64,000 nucleotides of DNA from assembly GCA_003345545.1 (NCBI GenBank), contig PRDH01000017.1, positions 11,923 through 75,922 of the forward strand, given 5' to 3'. Source of the stretch: Candidatus Thorarchaeota archaeon (GTDB taxonomy: Archaea > Asgardarchaeota > Thorarchaeia > Thorarchaeales > Thorarchaeaceae). The position numbers were made by a program, and so were the translations under genes. The notes under the pieces were generated by a model. It searched no databases. It was not told the DNA's origin and was given only the letters and a program-made list of their open reading frames with translations. Shown piece after piece: positions 50,571 through 60,677 of the stretch (its first letter is position 1; each line of letters starts with the position of its first letter).

Positions 50571-51401
50571 ATGAAAGTTGCAGTGACGGGCAAAGGTGGT
50601 GTCGGAAAGACCACCATAGCCGGAACACTGGCGAGACTCCTCGGACGTGACGGTCTGAGAATCCTAGCTGTCGATGCTGATCCAAACTACAACCTCTGGT
50701 CAGCAATAGGCATGGATGATACAATTGCCAGAAGAATACAACCTCTTCTTGAGAATGAGGAACTTGTCCGTCAGAAGACTGAGATGAAATGGGTCGAGGC
50801 TCTTGGCAACTTCTTCCAAATACACCCAAGCGTCAACGACTTGGCTGAGAACTTTGCTATCGCAGGCCCTGACAATGTCAGCCTTCTCGTGGCTGGCACA
50901 GTCAATATGGGGGGACAGGGCTGCATGTGCCCCTCAGCTGCCCTCCTCAAGGCACTCATCAACCATCTCAGTCTTGAGAGCAATGAAGCGTTCATCATGG
51001 ATATGGACGCAGGCATTGAGAACTTGGGTCGAGGGACAACACGCGGCATGGACGCTCTTCTTGCAGTTGTTGAGCCAGGTCGGCGGTCGCTCGACACGCT
51101 CGAACGAATCAAAGGGCTTGCTTCAGACATTGGACTTGCACGTGTGTTCGCAGTCGGAAACAAGGTGACAGATGAGAGTGATGCTGGCTTCATCTCGGAA
51201 GCGCTGAAATCCTATAGGATTCCGTTGATTGGAATGGTTCCCTTTGACGAAACAGTGCGTGAGGCAGATCGACACGGAATTGCGCTCATCGACCTCAATG
51301 AAAACAGCCCAGCTGTTCAAGCAATCAAAGCCATAAAGTCTGAATTGGTAGGGAGGCTAGAGGAACTCCCGTCCAATACGTTTCTGAGTGAAGAATCATA
51401 G
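50571..51401 (+). CDS. cooC: CooC-type nickel-insertion ATPase
   Basis: GKGGVGKT, DADP, GCMCP and DMDAGIENLGRG. Confidence 0.85.
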   Translation: MKVAVTGKGGVGKTTIAGTLARLLGRDGLRILAVDADPNYNLWSAIGMDDTIARRIQPLLENEELVRQKTEMKWVEALGNFFQIHPSVNDLAENFAIAGPDNVSLLVAGTVNMGGQGCMCPSAALLKALINHLSLESNEAFIMDMDAGIENLGRGTTRGMDALLAVVEPGRRSLDTLERIKGLASDIGLARVFAVGNKVTDESDAGFISEALKSYRIPLIGMVPFDETVREADRHGIALIDLNENSPAVQAIKAIKSELVGRLEELPSNTFLSEES

Positions 51402-52310
51402 AGCAACGTATCGCTTCTTCTTTTCCTCAATCAGACCCCGCGAAAGAAGTGAGTTAACATGATGCTCGATCATCCACGTTTCAAACTGGAGGAACACGGG
51501 GTCGGTGAGGGAGGGATAGATGATAGGATTCAGGGTGATCTCCGGAACAGAACCTGCTCCATTCATAATTGCAGCCAGCACAAGGTCCTCACGTATCTCA
51601 ATCTTTCGCTGGTATGATGCCAGTGCGGTCTTGTAGTCTTTAACGAGAGGACTGCCAAGATGCCCACTGATGAGGCCATCGTAGTCATTGTGCTGTAACC
51701 TCATAATGGAGTCTTGGAATTCAGGGATGGATGAATTAGGATGTCCGTAGTAAGGGCCGAACTCTGTAAGGTCTATGTCAGCTGCGAAGACGAGGTTCGG
51801 CTCTAGTATCTCAATGCACATATGGTCCGGAAGATGCCCTGGGGTATAGAGCATTCGAAGGGTGTGCTTACCAAGCGCAAACTTGTCGCCATCGCCAAGC
51901 TCTTCATCAATATGCCCCTCCTCCAGTGCACCAAACATCTTCGAGTTCACCAGTCTTTCCCAAAGCGGTCTGACAGGATTAGCCCTGTGAAATCCGAGGA
52001 ACTCCTTCATTTTCTCCTTGTCGTTGAAGAGAGGTGCTGTGATTTCATTAGCTGCAATCCTACAGCGTGATAGTCTATTGAGCCGTGCTGCATGCGTAAT
52101 GTGATCTGGATGTATATGACTCAGAATGACGGTCCCGATGTTGTTGAGTGCAAGATTCTTGGTCATCAGGAATGCTCTGAGGTCTTCAATTCCACAGCCC
52201 GGGTCTATGACGACAACCTCCTCATCAATGATTACTATTGAGTTGCATCTTGGAAACGATCCGCCGACAACGACATGAATGCCATCTGCTAACTCAACGT
52301 GAGTCATCAA
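51396..52310 (-). CDS. Metallo-beta-lactamase-fold hydrolase
   Basis: SHIHPDH, TPGH, ADIDLT..GPYYG and SGH. Confidence 0.85.
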   Translation of the reverse strand: MMTHVELADGIHVVVGGSFPRCNSIVIIDEEVVVIDPGCGIEDLRAFLMTKNLALNNIGTVILSHIHPDHITHAARLNRLSRCRIAANEITAPLFNDKEKMKEFLGFHRANPVRPLWERLVNSKMFGALEEGHIDEELGDGDKFALGKHTLRMLYTPGHLPDHMCIEILEPNLVFAADIDLTEFGPYYGHPNSSIPEFQDSIMRLQHNDYDGLISGHLGSPLVKDYKTALASYQRKIEIREDLVLAAIMNGAGSVPEITLNPIIYPSLTDPVFLQFETWMIEHHVNSLLSRGLIEEKKKRYVAL

Positions 52311-52388
52311 TCAACACCTCATTTGAAGTCAGTGAGAAATGGCTAGTGCACCCCAGGTTACAGACAAACTGCCATATCTCTACGAAGA

Positions 52389-52769
52389 TTATGTTCCAGT
52401 TGGCCGGATCTTCATCTCTGCCTCGGCCCTTGCAGTCTGACGCCAAGTTCTGAAACTGCCCCACATAACCGGAAAAGCAACGGACAGCACCAAGATCATG
52501 AAGAGCATTATGATGACAAGTTCTGATTTGTTTGGCGAGCCAAGTGTGTCATTCCACCGCCCTAGCATCATGAGGAGCCCAAGTGGAATGAACGATAACA
52601 TGAGCAACAAGAAGATAAGAAAAGCCCTGCGGGGCGAAGCTTGAATAATCCTGGCGAAAGCACCCAAATAGCGATGTTTCTGCCACCGCGACCCCTCGTG
52701 AACTATCCAGAATATCAAGAACACTATGAATGCGAGGAAAAACGGTATGATGGTAATCTCTAGCCACAT
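52389..52769 (-). CDS. Three-TM membrane protein
   Basis: Three hydrophobic helices from ATG 52769. Confidence 0.65.
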   Translation of the reverse strand: MWLEITIIPFFLAFIVFLIFWIVHEGSRWQKHRYLGAFARIIQASPRRAFLIFLLLMLSFIPLGLLMMLGRWNDTLGSPNKSELVIIMLFMILVLSVAFPVMWGSFRTWRQTARAEAEMKIRPTGT

Positions 52770-52934
52770 AGTAGAGGCTCCTTCGGATTTTTCCCGACTG
52801 TATTCCCTATAAAGGCTGTGGTCTGCGATGCTCCTCAACGGAGCATTCAGGAGTCTGGTTCATCGAATGATGGTAGTTTGGCCGGAGCGCCAATGATGAC
52901 AAGAAACGAATGCAAGACAGAAGAATCAGCGAAA

Positions 52935-54608
52935 TCACCGCGCCTTGTAGCGAAATTGGACGTCAAATGTGGCTTGCAGTTCCTTCAGAGTCGTCGCATC
53001 TTCTGGTTTCTTGTCATCTCGAATGCCAGTTATTCGGGCGAATCTCAAAGCCAATCCAGACTCGTATTTTGGACTCTCCTGAATTTCAGCTGCAAGGACT
53101 TCAACTATAATCTCAGGTTTCACCCTAACAAGACCTCGACTTCTTGAAAGCTCGATACGTTGGAGTCTGTCGGTCATCGCTTGAAACTCAACATCTGTCA
53201 ATCCCTTGAATGTTTTGCCAACCATTGTGTACTTGTCTGTTTCTTCGTCGAGGACTGCGAGATGATAGTCTGAAAGCCATTTACTCCTTCTACCGTGCCC
53301 CCACTCGGCTGCGATAATCACCAAGTCCATTGTATCAAGTGTGTGCTTGATCTTTAGCCAGTGCTTTCCACGCACACCGGGTACATAGGGAGAGGAAACC
53401 ATCTTGGCAACAAGCCCCTCGTGCCCGATCTCTTTACTTCGAAGAAAGAAGTCTTCTGCGACGCGAAGTCTATTCGTCACAACCCTCTCTGCAATCATCG
53501 AATCAGGTAGAGTACTTTCGAGTTGTTCTCTTCGTTTCCAGTATGGTTCATCGATGAGCATCTGCCCATTCAGCAGAAGGATGTCAAAGGCATAGAGAAG
53601 CAGCTTGACTTCCTGATTTGTTGTTTCAACATCTCTGGTTCTTCCGAATCTTTGCATGACCACTTGGAATGGATAGGGTTTGCCCGTCGGGTCAACAGCA
53701 ACAACCTCGCCATCCAAGATGAAGCGACTAGCTCTGACTCTCTTGTTCACCTCCTGAACAATGTCAGGAAGGCTTTCAGTGACGTCATTCAGTCCTCTCG
53801 AAAAGATCCTTGTATTCCCTCCCTCTTTATGGATCTGCACGCGGGCACCATCGAATTTCATTTCGAAGGAGAGTTCGCCCCCTTGGCCAATCTCTAGGGC
53901 AGATTTCAAGTCACTGACCGGGCTCGCTAGCATTGGCTTGACAGCAGTCATGGGTTTGATATTGACCTGTTTGAGGCCCCGGTTTCCATATTCTGCTGCC
54001 AGATGTGCAACTCCGCCCAAATCGCCAGTGAAGTACCATGCTCTCCTTACATATTCTATGTCAACAGAAAATGCCTCTGCAATACACTCAACAAGCAAGC
54101 CATGAGAGAGACCTGTTCTCATATCATTGAGAATGAGCGCAACGATGTAGCGCATCTCCCTCGGTGCAGCTTCTCCAAGAAGCGCAGATATCAGCGACTG
54201 TTTCTCTTTCATCGAGCCCTTTCCTGCAGCAAGAGCAATCTTTGTGAATCTATCGCTGACCGATTCTACTGTGAGTGGCTCCTGGAAGAGCACTGATTGC
54301 CTAGTATGAGCCTTTGACTCCATCAACGCCGCAATTGCTTCTCCTGTGTCGCCTTCATAGAACTTGCTGAATTCATCATCCCTGAAATCAATGACATTGT
54401 GGAGAGCTCCAATAAGACCACTCCATGACACATTCAGGGTGCGTTGATCATTCTCAGGAAAGAATCTTCCCGCTAGGAAGAGCGCTGCTTCACATACTTC
54501 AGATAGCTCAGCTTCTTTCAATAGTCTGGCGACTAGACTGATTTTCTCTTTCCGCTTGGTCGTCTTGCTTACTGCATCCAAGGTTGTCGCTAGACTCAGG
54601 AATCTCAT
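52935..54608 (-). CDS. lig: ATP-dependent DNA ligase
   Basis: EMKFDGARVQIH (motif I), EGLVAK, WLKIK and LRFARI..IRDDK. Confidence 0.97.
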   Translation of the reverse strand: MRFLSLATTLDAVSKTTKRKEKISLVARLLKEAELSEVCEAALFLAGRFFPENDQRTLNVSWSGLIGALHNVIDFRDDEFSKFYEGDTGEAIAALMESKAHTRQSVLFQEPLTVESVSDRFTKIALAAGKGSMKEKQSLISALLGEAAPREMRYIVALILNDMRTGLSHGLLVECIAEAFSVDIEYVRRAWYFTGDLGGVAHLAAEYGNRGLKQVNIKPMTAVKPMLASPVSDLKSALEIGQGGELSFEMKFDGARVQIHKEGGNTRIFSRGLNDVTESLPDIVQEVNKRVRASRFILDGEVVAVDPTGKPYPFQVVMQRFGRTRDVETTNQEVKLLLYAFDILLLNGQMLIDEPYWKRREQLESTLPDSMIAERVVTNRLRVAEDFFLRSKEIGHEGLVAKMVSSPYVPGVRGKHWLKIKHTLDTMDLVIIAAEWGHGRRSKWLSDYHLAVLDEETDKYTMVGKTFKGLTDVEFQAMTDRLQRIELSRSRGLVRVKPEIIVEVLAAEIQESPKYESGLALRFARITGIRDDKKPEDATTLKELQATFDVQFRYKAR

Positions 54609-54736
54609 AGGTGTTTCCGTCTTTACGCGTTTTGATTATTCGGCTGTCCTGGATAGGGTTCCATCGTTGGCACTACGCATTACATCGTTCGTTATAGATA
54701 TAACACCCAGTTACAGTTATTCCCCAAGGTCGATTA

Positions 54737-55330
54737 TTGATGGGTAGTATCTGGTTCAGCAAGAAGACTTTTCTCTACTTTGGTGGAGCTCTGGTCATAA
54801 TCCTGGGCGGTCTAATTGTAGTACTGGCTCCCTATCACTATGTGAATTTCTCAGTCATACAAAACGACCAAAGAACTTTCGAGGTGTATGGCGAGGCGAA
54901 CTACTACCCTCAATTTGAGGTTTCCGTTTCTTTGCGACCAAGCAATCAGACAACCATATACTTGGATATGTCAATCGTCAATAATATGACACTCGAAGTT
55001 ATTCTTGTCAACATGACTCTCACTGAAGAGAATCAGATCATTGGACCTGGGCAAGCCATCTTCTATGAAGAGAGTCTGCTAATTGACATTGCCACTGGTA
55101 ACTACACACTGACAGTGGACCGTGTTGCAGGTGCAACACGTTTTGATCTTGGTCTAAATCAGGCAAGCAACTCACGTCTATTCATTGTTGTAGGCGGCAT
55201 GCTGAACATACTTGGAATTATTATGGTCATAGGTGGTTACTGTCTTCCAGGAACCCTCTTCCCCTCAGATAGTGACACTATCATTTCATGGGGATATGAA
55301 GAAGAGAAGACTGGGGAACCGCAACAATAA
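54737..55330 (+). CDS. Two-TM membrane protein with an extracellular beta domain
   Basis: N- and C-terminal TMs; N-glycosylation sequons. Confidence 0.7.
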   Translation: MMGSIWFSKKTFLYFGGALVIILGGLIVVLAPYHYVNFSVIQNDQRTFEVYGEANYYPQFEVSVSLRPSNQTTIYLDMSIVNNMTLEVILVNMTLTEENQIIGPGQAIFYEESLLIDIATGNYTLTVDRVAGATRFDLGLNQASNSRLFIVVGGMLNILGIIMVIGGYCLPGTLFPSDSDTIISWGYEEEKTGEPQQ

Positions 55331-55475
55331 AGATTGCATGCATCAGTTGGTCAGAACGCCTGGGACTCGTGTTTTGTAGTCATGCATTTTAATCCAGACT
55401 TAGTGTTACGCTGGAATGACGTTGGTTGTACACAGGCTCTTGTTCATCTTGTACTTCGGACTATCGTTGAGGACT

Positions 55476-55712
55476 ATGGAGAACGACGAGATGAAATGGT
55501 TGCTCAAAGGAAAGATTGTCTGTGACTTCAGAGGCTTTCCACTTGGACGTGTAAGGAAGATTTGGTTCGACGAGAGCAGCGGGCCAATGGTAATAATCGA
55601 AAAAAGTGGATCCTTGGAGGACAAGACGCATTCTTGGGAAGCCATTCCATTGCGGGCAGTGGACTCCGTATCCGAGCATGTCCGGTTGAAGCCACCAGTT
55701 TTTGCAGAGTGA
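55476..55712 (+). CDS. PRC-barrel domain protein
   Basis: LKGKIVCDFRGFPLGRVRKIWFD...IPLRAVDSVSEHVRL; GAGG RBS before ATG 55476. Confidence 0.7.
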   Translation: MENDEMKWLLKGKIVCDFRGFPLGRVRKIWFDESSGPMVIIEKSGSLEDKTHSWEAIPLRAVDSVSEHVRLKPPVFAE

Positions 55713-55744
55713 GATTCCATCACTTCTCTAATGGAGGCATAATA

Positions 55745-56080
55745 ATGCAACAGAGAATTAACCTCAACCTTGAGGTTCGCCAGGAACAAATAGTGCCTAT
55801 TGATGGACCTGCCCCGCTGAGAATTGACGTATTCACAAGCGAGTATTGTGCGTTCTGTGGAGAAGCTCTTCAGGCAGCGAAGTCAGCTGCATGTCGCCTT
55901 GCCTATCTCACGAATTCTGTCGAAGTGAGAGAAAGGCCTGTTGATAACCAGCCGGGGCTTATAGAGAAGATGAATATCATAGCACTCCCTATGATTCAAG
56001 TTGGGCGTTCAAGAGTGATTGGACTCCCTAGCCCAGAGGATATTGAACGTCTTGTACACGAAAGCGTACTGACTGGGTAG
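55745..56080 (+). CDS. Thioredoxin/glutaredoxin-like protein
   Basis: FTSEYCAFC and IIALP cis-Pro; GGAGG RBS. Confidence 0.8.
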   Translation: MQQRINLNLEVRQEQIVPIDGPAPLRIDVFTSEYCAFCGEALQAAKSAACRLAYLTNSVEVRERPVDNQPGLIEKMNIIALPMIQVGRSRVIGLPSPEDIERLVHESVLTG

Positions 56081-56100
56081 GGTCTGACCTGAACAGATGA

Positions 56101-56856
56101 TCATGAGAAGCTAACGCCCAATATCACCCAGGCATTCTCCCTCATGACCAATCTCCGTGTTTCAATATTCAAATCAATCAGGTTCAGAGCTGCCATCATG
56201 TCCGGATACTGACTATGGAAGCCAGAGCCAAATACGAGCTTTCGCACACCAATATCTTGAACAATCGCGTCGAGAAAGACTCTAAGGGGAGATTCTACAA
56301 GCTTTGAAAATGTGGTTGAAAGCTCTAGCCATAGATTCGATCGAGATATCAGAGGAATGAGTTGTGGAAAACCAAAGAGTCCTCCCATACTCAACACAAC
56401 GAATTTGCCTTCGGGGTACACTGTTGTGATTGAATCCAGGAAGGATATTGTTTCGCTGGTCAGTTCGTTGCTCTGAAGGTAAACGGGAATGTCCTTTGCA
56501 GCAGCTGCATGTACCAATGCAAGAGCTGCCGGGTCGAAGGGGTAGTAAGTGTCGTCACTGAGAATCAGAGCCTTGCATCCCTGATCGACGTATTCTTTTA
56601 GCTGTTGTTTTGCCCTGTCCATTGGTCTTGGAATAATAGAACACGCAGAAAACAGCCTGTCTGGGTAGATATCGGCAGCCTTGATGTAGAGGCTTGTGGG
56701 TACTCTCGGCTCATTTGGTACGAGCACTGATTTGTCGATTCCAAAGGTGTCCATTCGTGATATTAGCATGTCCACTTCTTCAACGAGATTCTCTGAGTTG
56801 ACAGACAGAACCTCATTTGGACTTGTCCCCAAGTGCGTGTGTATGTCAGTAGTCAT
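56101..56856 (-). CDS. Amidohydrolase-2 family protein with degenerate metal ligands
   Basis: DIHTH retained; PVYLQ, VLSMGG and FGSGF replace the usual His/His/Asp motifs. Confidence 0.75.
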   Translation of the reverse strand: MTTDIHTHLGTSPNEVLSVNSENLVEEVDMLISRMDTFGIDKSVLVPNEPRVPTSLYIKAADIYPDRLFSACSIIPRPMDRAKQQLKEYVDQGCKALILSDDTYYPFDPAALALVHAAAAKDIPVYLQSNELTSETISFLDSITTVYPEGKFVVLSMGGLFGFPQLIPLISRSNLWLELSTTFSKLVESPLRVFLDAIVQDIGVRKLVFGSGFHSQYPDMMAALNLIDLNIETRRLVMRENAWVILGVSFS

Positions 56857-56968
56857 CGGACACCATCAAATAAACCATGCATATAGTCCTTTTCAGTAAA
56901 TGTATGATATGTCCATGTGGCCAGCAGTACCTCTATATGCAGTCCTACGCCTCCGTGTTTGACTGATA

Positions 56969-57595
56969 TTGACCGAAGAGAGTGAGAAACGCTTTGCCAC
57001 GCTGGAGAGAAGGCTTCGCAACATTGCGGGTGCTATCCAGCAGGACAAGTATATGCTAATGGAGTACCTTGGACCTGTTGTAGATGGTTGTCGAGCGGCC
57101 CTGAACACCAGCCTTGAAGAGGCAAGACATCTCGATGAGCTATCCGATGAGAGATTCGAAGAATACATGCAGACGACAATGGAGTCCTTCAAGAATCTGA
57201 CCATATGTTTCCGAGCAGCTGACATTGATGAGATTGCATCGCTCGTCTTCGACAATGGGAAGCCAGAAGTATTCGATGAATGTATCGAGCCCGACGTTGA
57301 GATTGTCGCCACACTTGACACGCTACTTCAACTTCTTGATACTGACTCAAGGATAGTGCCATCCGAGAAACTTGGCACTGATTTTCAGATAAGAGGCGAT
57401 GACTCTCTTGATGTAGCCCAAGGTCTTGGCCTATTGTGCTACCCGTCACTTCTTCGCGTCGCTCAGTCTGGAATTGATCCTTCTTCGCTGCTATCAGAAG
57501 ATGCAGACTCAGTGATTATGGCTGCCGCTTCAGACCTTGTTATCAAGATGATTCGCAAATGGATTGATCTTCAGATGAGCGGCATCACTCGCTAG
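56969..57595 (+). CDS. Hypothetical acidic, helical protein
   Basis: 208-aa ORF filling the gap; no recognised motif. Confidence 0.6.
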   Translation: MTEESEKRFATLERRLRNIAGAIQQDKYMLMEYLGPVVDGCRAALNTSLEEARHLDELSDERFEEYMQTTMESFKNLTICFRAADIDEIASLVFDNGKPEVFDECIEPDVEIVATLDTLLQLLDTDSRIVPSEKLGTDFQIRGDDSLDVAQGLGLLCYPSLLRVAQSGIDPSSLLSEDADSVIMAAASDLVIKMIRKWIDLQMSGITR

Positions 57596-57604
57596 TTGAT
57601 TCCA

Positions 57605-58774
57605 TCACAGTGAATGATATGGAAAAACCAATTCCTCCACTCTGCGAAGGGTTCTCTCAAGGTCCAATGATACCTCCTCCCGCGAGAAGTACATCTGAAC
57701 AATTTCGTCCTCGTCTCTCATCGTTTTCGGGCATCCCTCAAATCCCATTGTGTTACAGATGTCGATGAACTCCTCTGGTACGTCCTTCGGTATCTTCTCA
57801 TCAAGCATAATCGAAAGGAACAATGTCCAAAGGCGAGCTACATTTGCGGGATGGTACCCTCCACCTCCGACAGCAAGCCAGCCTAGGGGACAGATGTCAG
57901 AAGCCAGGTCTCTCAAGCCTCGGAGAACCGTCTCGTATCCATAAGTTGTATAAGCCAGATGTGCTAGGGGGTCCATATAGTGACCATCCACACCCAGCTG
58001 CGTTGCCAGCAAGTCGGGTTTGTAAGCCTGAAAGAGCGGTACTACTATTTCTTTGTAAATCTTGATGAGTTCGGGGCTTGCAGCTCCGGGCATTAGTGGT
58101 ACATTTACTGAGTAGCCAGTCCCCTCTGCTCCTCCAGTTTCATACACGAATCCAGTGCCGGGAAAAAGGGTCTTTCCTGTTTGATGGATTGAAATCGTCA
58201 AAACGTTCTTGTCGCGATAGAATGCATTTTGAACCCCATCGCCATGGTGTGCATCAAAATCAAAATACAAGCATCGGATGCTATCGCCTTTCTTCTTCTT
58301 AAGATAGTTAATCGCGATGGCAATGTCATTGAAGATACAGAATCCCGATGCGGCACTTCGCTGTGCATGATGAAGCCCTCCTGATATGGAGAATGCATTG
58401 GACGCTCCATTAATGATTCTCTTCATTGCATCGAGCGTCGCGCCCACATATCTCGCTCCTGTTTCATAGATTTCGGGGAATACAGGGTTATCCGGAGTAC
58501 CTAGACCGTGCTCCGGATCTGAGCCAAGAGATGCACCACACCGTTGCACAGCATCTATGTACTCGGATGAATGAAAGAGCTCAAGGTCAGCTCTAGAGGC
58601 CGGCTCAGGTTCCAGTTGATCCACTTTTCTGATGAGTCCCAGTTGTTCGGAGAGAATATGAGTGAGCTTCAGTCTCTCCGGTCTCAACGGATGGTCCATG
58701 CCCAATTCATATCCGAGCAGCGCATCAGAATAGGGGTAGACAAGTTTGTGTCGCATTGCATCGTGATTTAGCAA
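57605..58774 (-). CDS. acuC: AcuC/class I histone deacetylase family protein
   Basis: HPLRPER, GGLHHA, SGFCIFND, DAHHGDG, DPL and GGGGY. Confidence 0.9.
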   Translation of the reverse strand: MLNHDAMRHKLVYPYSDALLGYELGMDHPLRPERLKLTHILSEQLGLIRKVDQLEPEPASRADLELFHSSEYIDAVQRCGASLGSDPEHGLGTPDNPVFPEIYETGARYVGATLDAMKRIINGASNAFSISGGLHHAQRSAASGFCIFNDIAIAINYLKKKKGDSIRCLYFDFDAHHGDGVQNAFYRDKNVLTISIHQTGKTLFPGTGFVYETGGAEGTGYSVNVPLMPGAASPELIKIYKEIVVPLFQAYKPDLLATQLGVDGHYMDPLAHLAYTTYGYETVLRGLRDLASDICPLGWLAVGGGGYHPANVARLWTLFLSIMLDEKIPKDVPEEFIDICNTMGFEGCPKTMRDEDEIVQMYFSREEVSLDLERTLRRVEELVFPYHSL

Positions 58775-58854
58775 GATGGCCTACATTAGCCTTTCTAAAG
58801 ATGAATGTCCAATTGCACCACAATTGAGTTGTACGGATTCGATGCTTCTGGTTT

Positions 58855-59409
58855 TCATGCGAACTCTCGGACTATTACGCCAATCACAACGCCGAGAATG
58901 CTAGCGACCACGACTAAGATGAAGGCCCCTACTGCAAATGCAATGCCACTGATTATGAAGTCAGTGATTCCCAATTCCGGAAGCAGTATTCCGGGAGAAG
59001 CCAGGAAGATCACGTAGAAGACTATGAAGAATATTGCGCTAAGAAATGCACTAACTAACGCTGGACCTGTTTCCGATACTGCGAGGCCAATGGGTATCGC
59101 AGCTAATGCCGGCAAGAAGAACATGTATGTCGCACTTGTTTCGACTGCGCTAACTATAACGAAGGAGTAAATTGCAGTATCAATTAGACCTGTAAGCATC
59201 GGCATCAATAGTATGAGGAGAATGTCTCGATGCTTTTCATACATCGGGATTCCAAGGAGTCTGACAACAGGCTGGGGGCGTTTGCCATCTGTTTTCCTGA
59301 ATTCTTGTTCGGGTTGAGGAAGTGGTCTAAAGAGCCCTTTCTTCTCCTCCTTCTCTTCCACATCCTGTGGTTCGACTCGATACTTCTCTTCGTCTGCCAT
59401 CTTGGACAC
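58855..59409 (-). CDS. Four-TM membrane protein
   Basis: Charged N-terminus followed by four hydrophobic helices. Confidence 0.7.
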   Translation of the reverse strand: MSKMADEEKYRVEPQDVEEKEEKKGLFRPLPQPEQEFRKTDGKRPQPVVRLLGIPMYEKHRDILLILLMPMLTGLIDTAIYSFVIVSAVETSATYMFFLPALAAIPIGLAVSETGPALVSAFLSAIFFIVFYVIFLASPGILLPELGITDFIISGIAFAVGAFILVVVASILGVVIGVIVREFA

Positions 59410-59546
59410 TTAAGCCCTAGTCAATGCAGGACTGGAATAAAGCCTTCGCATCACGCAAGTGCCATGCCTGACTGAGCCTCTGCAAACGAACCGTAAGTGC
59501 TATTTGCATTCTTGCCTACACCTCAGTCACGTTCGGAGGCAGACCG

Positions 59547-60677
59547 ATGGCTCACGACAGACTCTTTGGCCTAGACGAATCGGATTATGAAGAAACTGAA
59601 ACATCACTAACGCGTCGGAGAAAGATCGAACACATCGAGATATGTCTTGCTGAGGATGTTCAGTGTCGCAGGTCAACTATGTTCGAGGACATCGATCTCG
59701 TCCACAATGCACTGCCCGAGATAGACAAGAGCAAGATCGACCTGACATCCAACTTCTTTGGGCTCAGAGCTTCTGCTCCGCTCGTCATTGCAGGAATGAC
59801 AGGGGGCCATCCAAAGGCTCTCAGCATAAATGAACGTCTAGCAACAGCTGCAGAGGAACTGGGTCTGCCAATAGGAGTTGGCAGTCAGAGGGCTGCACTT
59901 GAAGATCCATCGCTGGTTGACACTTACAAGGTTGTTCGTGAGAATGCCCCATCGGTTCCTCTAATCGCTAACATCGGAGCAACGCACGTGGATTTGGCTG
60001 TTGATGCTGTATCGATGATTGAGGCTGATATTCTTGCAGTTCATCTTAATCCGCTTCAGGAAGCAGTCCAACCTGAAGGTGAATGCAATTCTGAAGGCGT
60101 ACTGGAGAACATAGCCGCAATTGTCGATTCTGTGGATGTTCCCGTGATTGTTAAGGAGACAGGGGCTGGCATATCTTCGGATGTTGCCTCTAGCCTTGAG
60201 GAGATTGGAGTGGACGGCGTCGATGTCGGAGGCGTGGGTGGCACAAGCTGGGCTGCAGTAGAATACTTCCGCGCGCTCAAGGATGATGATGATGTGAAAG
60301 CTCAACTGGGCCTTCAATTCTGGGACTGGGGAATCCCAACAGCCCTGAGTATCATTATGGTTCTCGATTCGACTGAACTTGATGTGATTGCAACAGGTGG
60401 TGTCAGAACAGGTCTTGACATTGCCAAGGCATTGAGTCTAGGAGCCATCGCCGCAGGCGTTGCACACCCACTCCTACGGCCGGCGACATTTGGCTCCAGT
60501 CTTGATGTGGTTGTCGAGCTAGAGCGTATGCTTGAAGGTCTCAGAGTGGCAATGTACCTGACAGGGTGTTCAAGCGTAACAGACTTCTCATCCAGACAAT
60601 TGATAATAAAGGGACGGCTAGTTGAAGCACTGCAATCTCTCGATATTGATTACAAGAAGGTGGCAGGCGGAACCTAG
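59547..60677 (+). CDS. fni: Type 2 (FMN-dependent) isopentenyl-diphosphate isomerase
   Basis: RKIEH, GMTGG, GSQR, HLNPLQE, KETG, GGTSW and WGIPT. Confidence 0.95.
   Translation: MAHDRLFGLDESDYEETETSLTRRRKIEHIEICLAEDVQCRRSTMFEDIDLVHNALPEIDKSKIDLTSNFFGLRASAPLVIAGMTGGHPKALSINERLATAAEELGLPIGVGSQRAALEDPSLVDTYKVVRENAPSVPLIANIGATHVDLAVDAVSMIEADILAVHLNPLQEAVQPEGECNSEGVLENIAAIVDSVDVPVIVKETGAGISSDVASSLEEIGVDGVDVGGVGGTSWAAVEYFRALKDDDDVKAQLGLQFWDWGIPTALSIIMVLDSTELDVIATGGVRTGLDIAKALSLGAIAAGVAHPLLRPATFGSSLDVVVELERMLEGLRVAMYLTGCSSVTDFSSRQLIIKGRLVEALQSLDIDYKKVAGGT

Noticed and set aside
50571-51401. CODH/ACS gene cluster around cooC
   Set aside because: No CODH/ACS subunits are adjacent; orphan cooC copies are common.
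55745-56080. Selenoprotein candidates
   Set aside because: The thioredoxin-like gene has ordinary CxxC, and no convincing in-frame TGA readthrough was noticed in any gene.
37815-60677. Protein prenylation pathway (prenyltransferase-like, ICMT-like, Fni) acting on the GTPase
   Set aside because: The genes are dispersed, the families are widespread in prokaryotes, and the GTPase has no CaaX ending.
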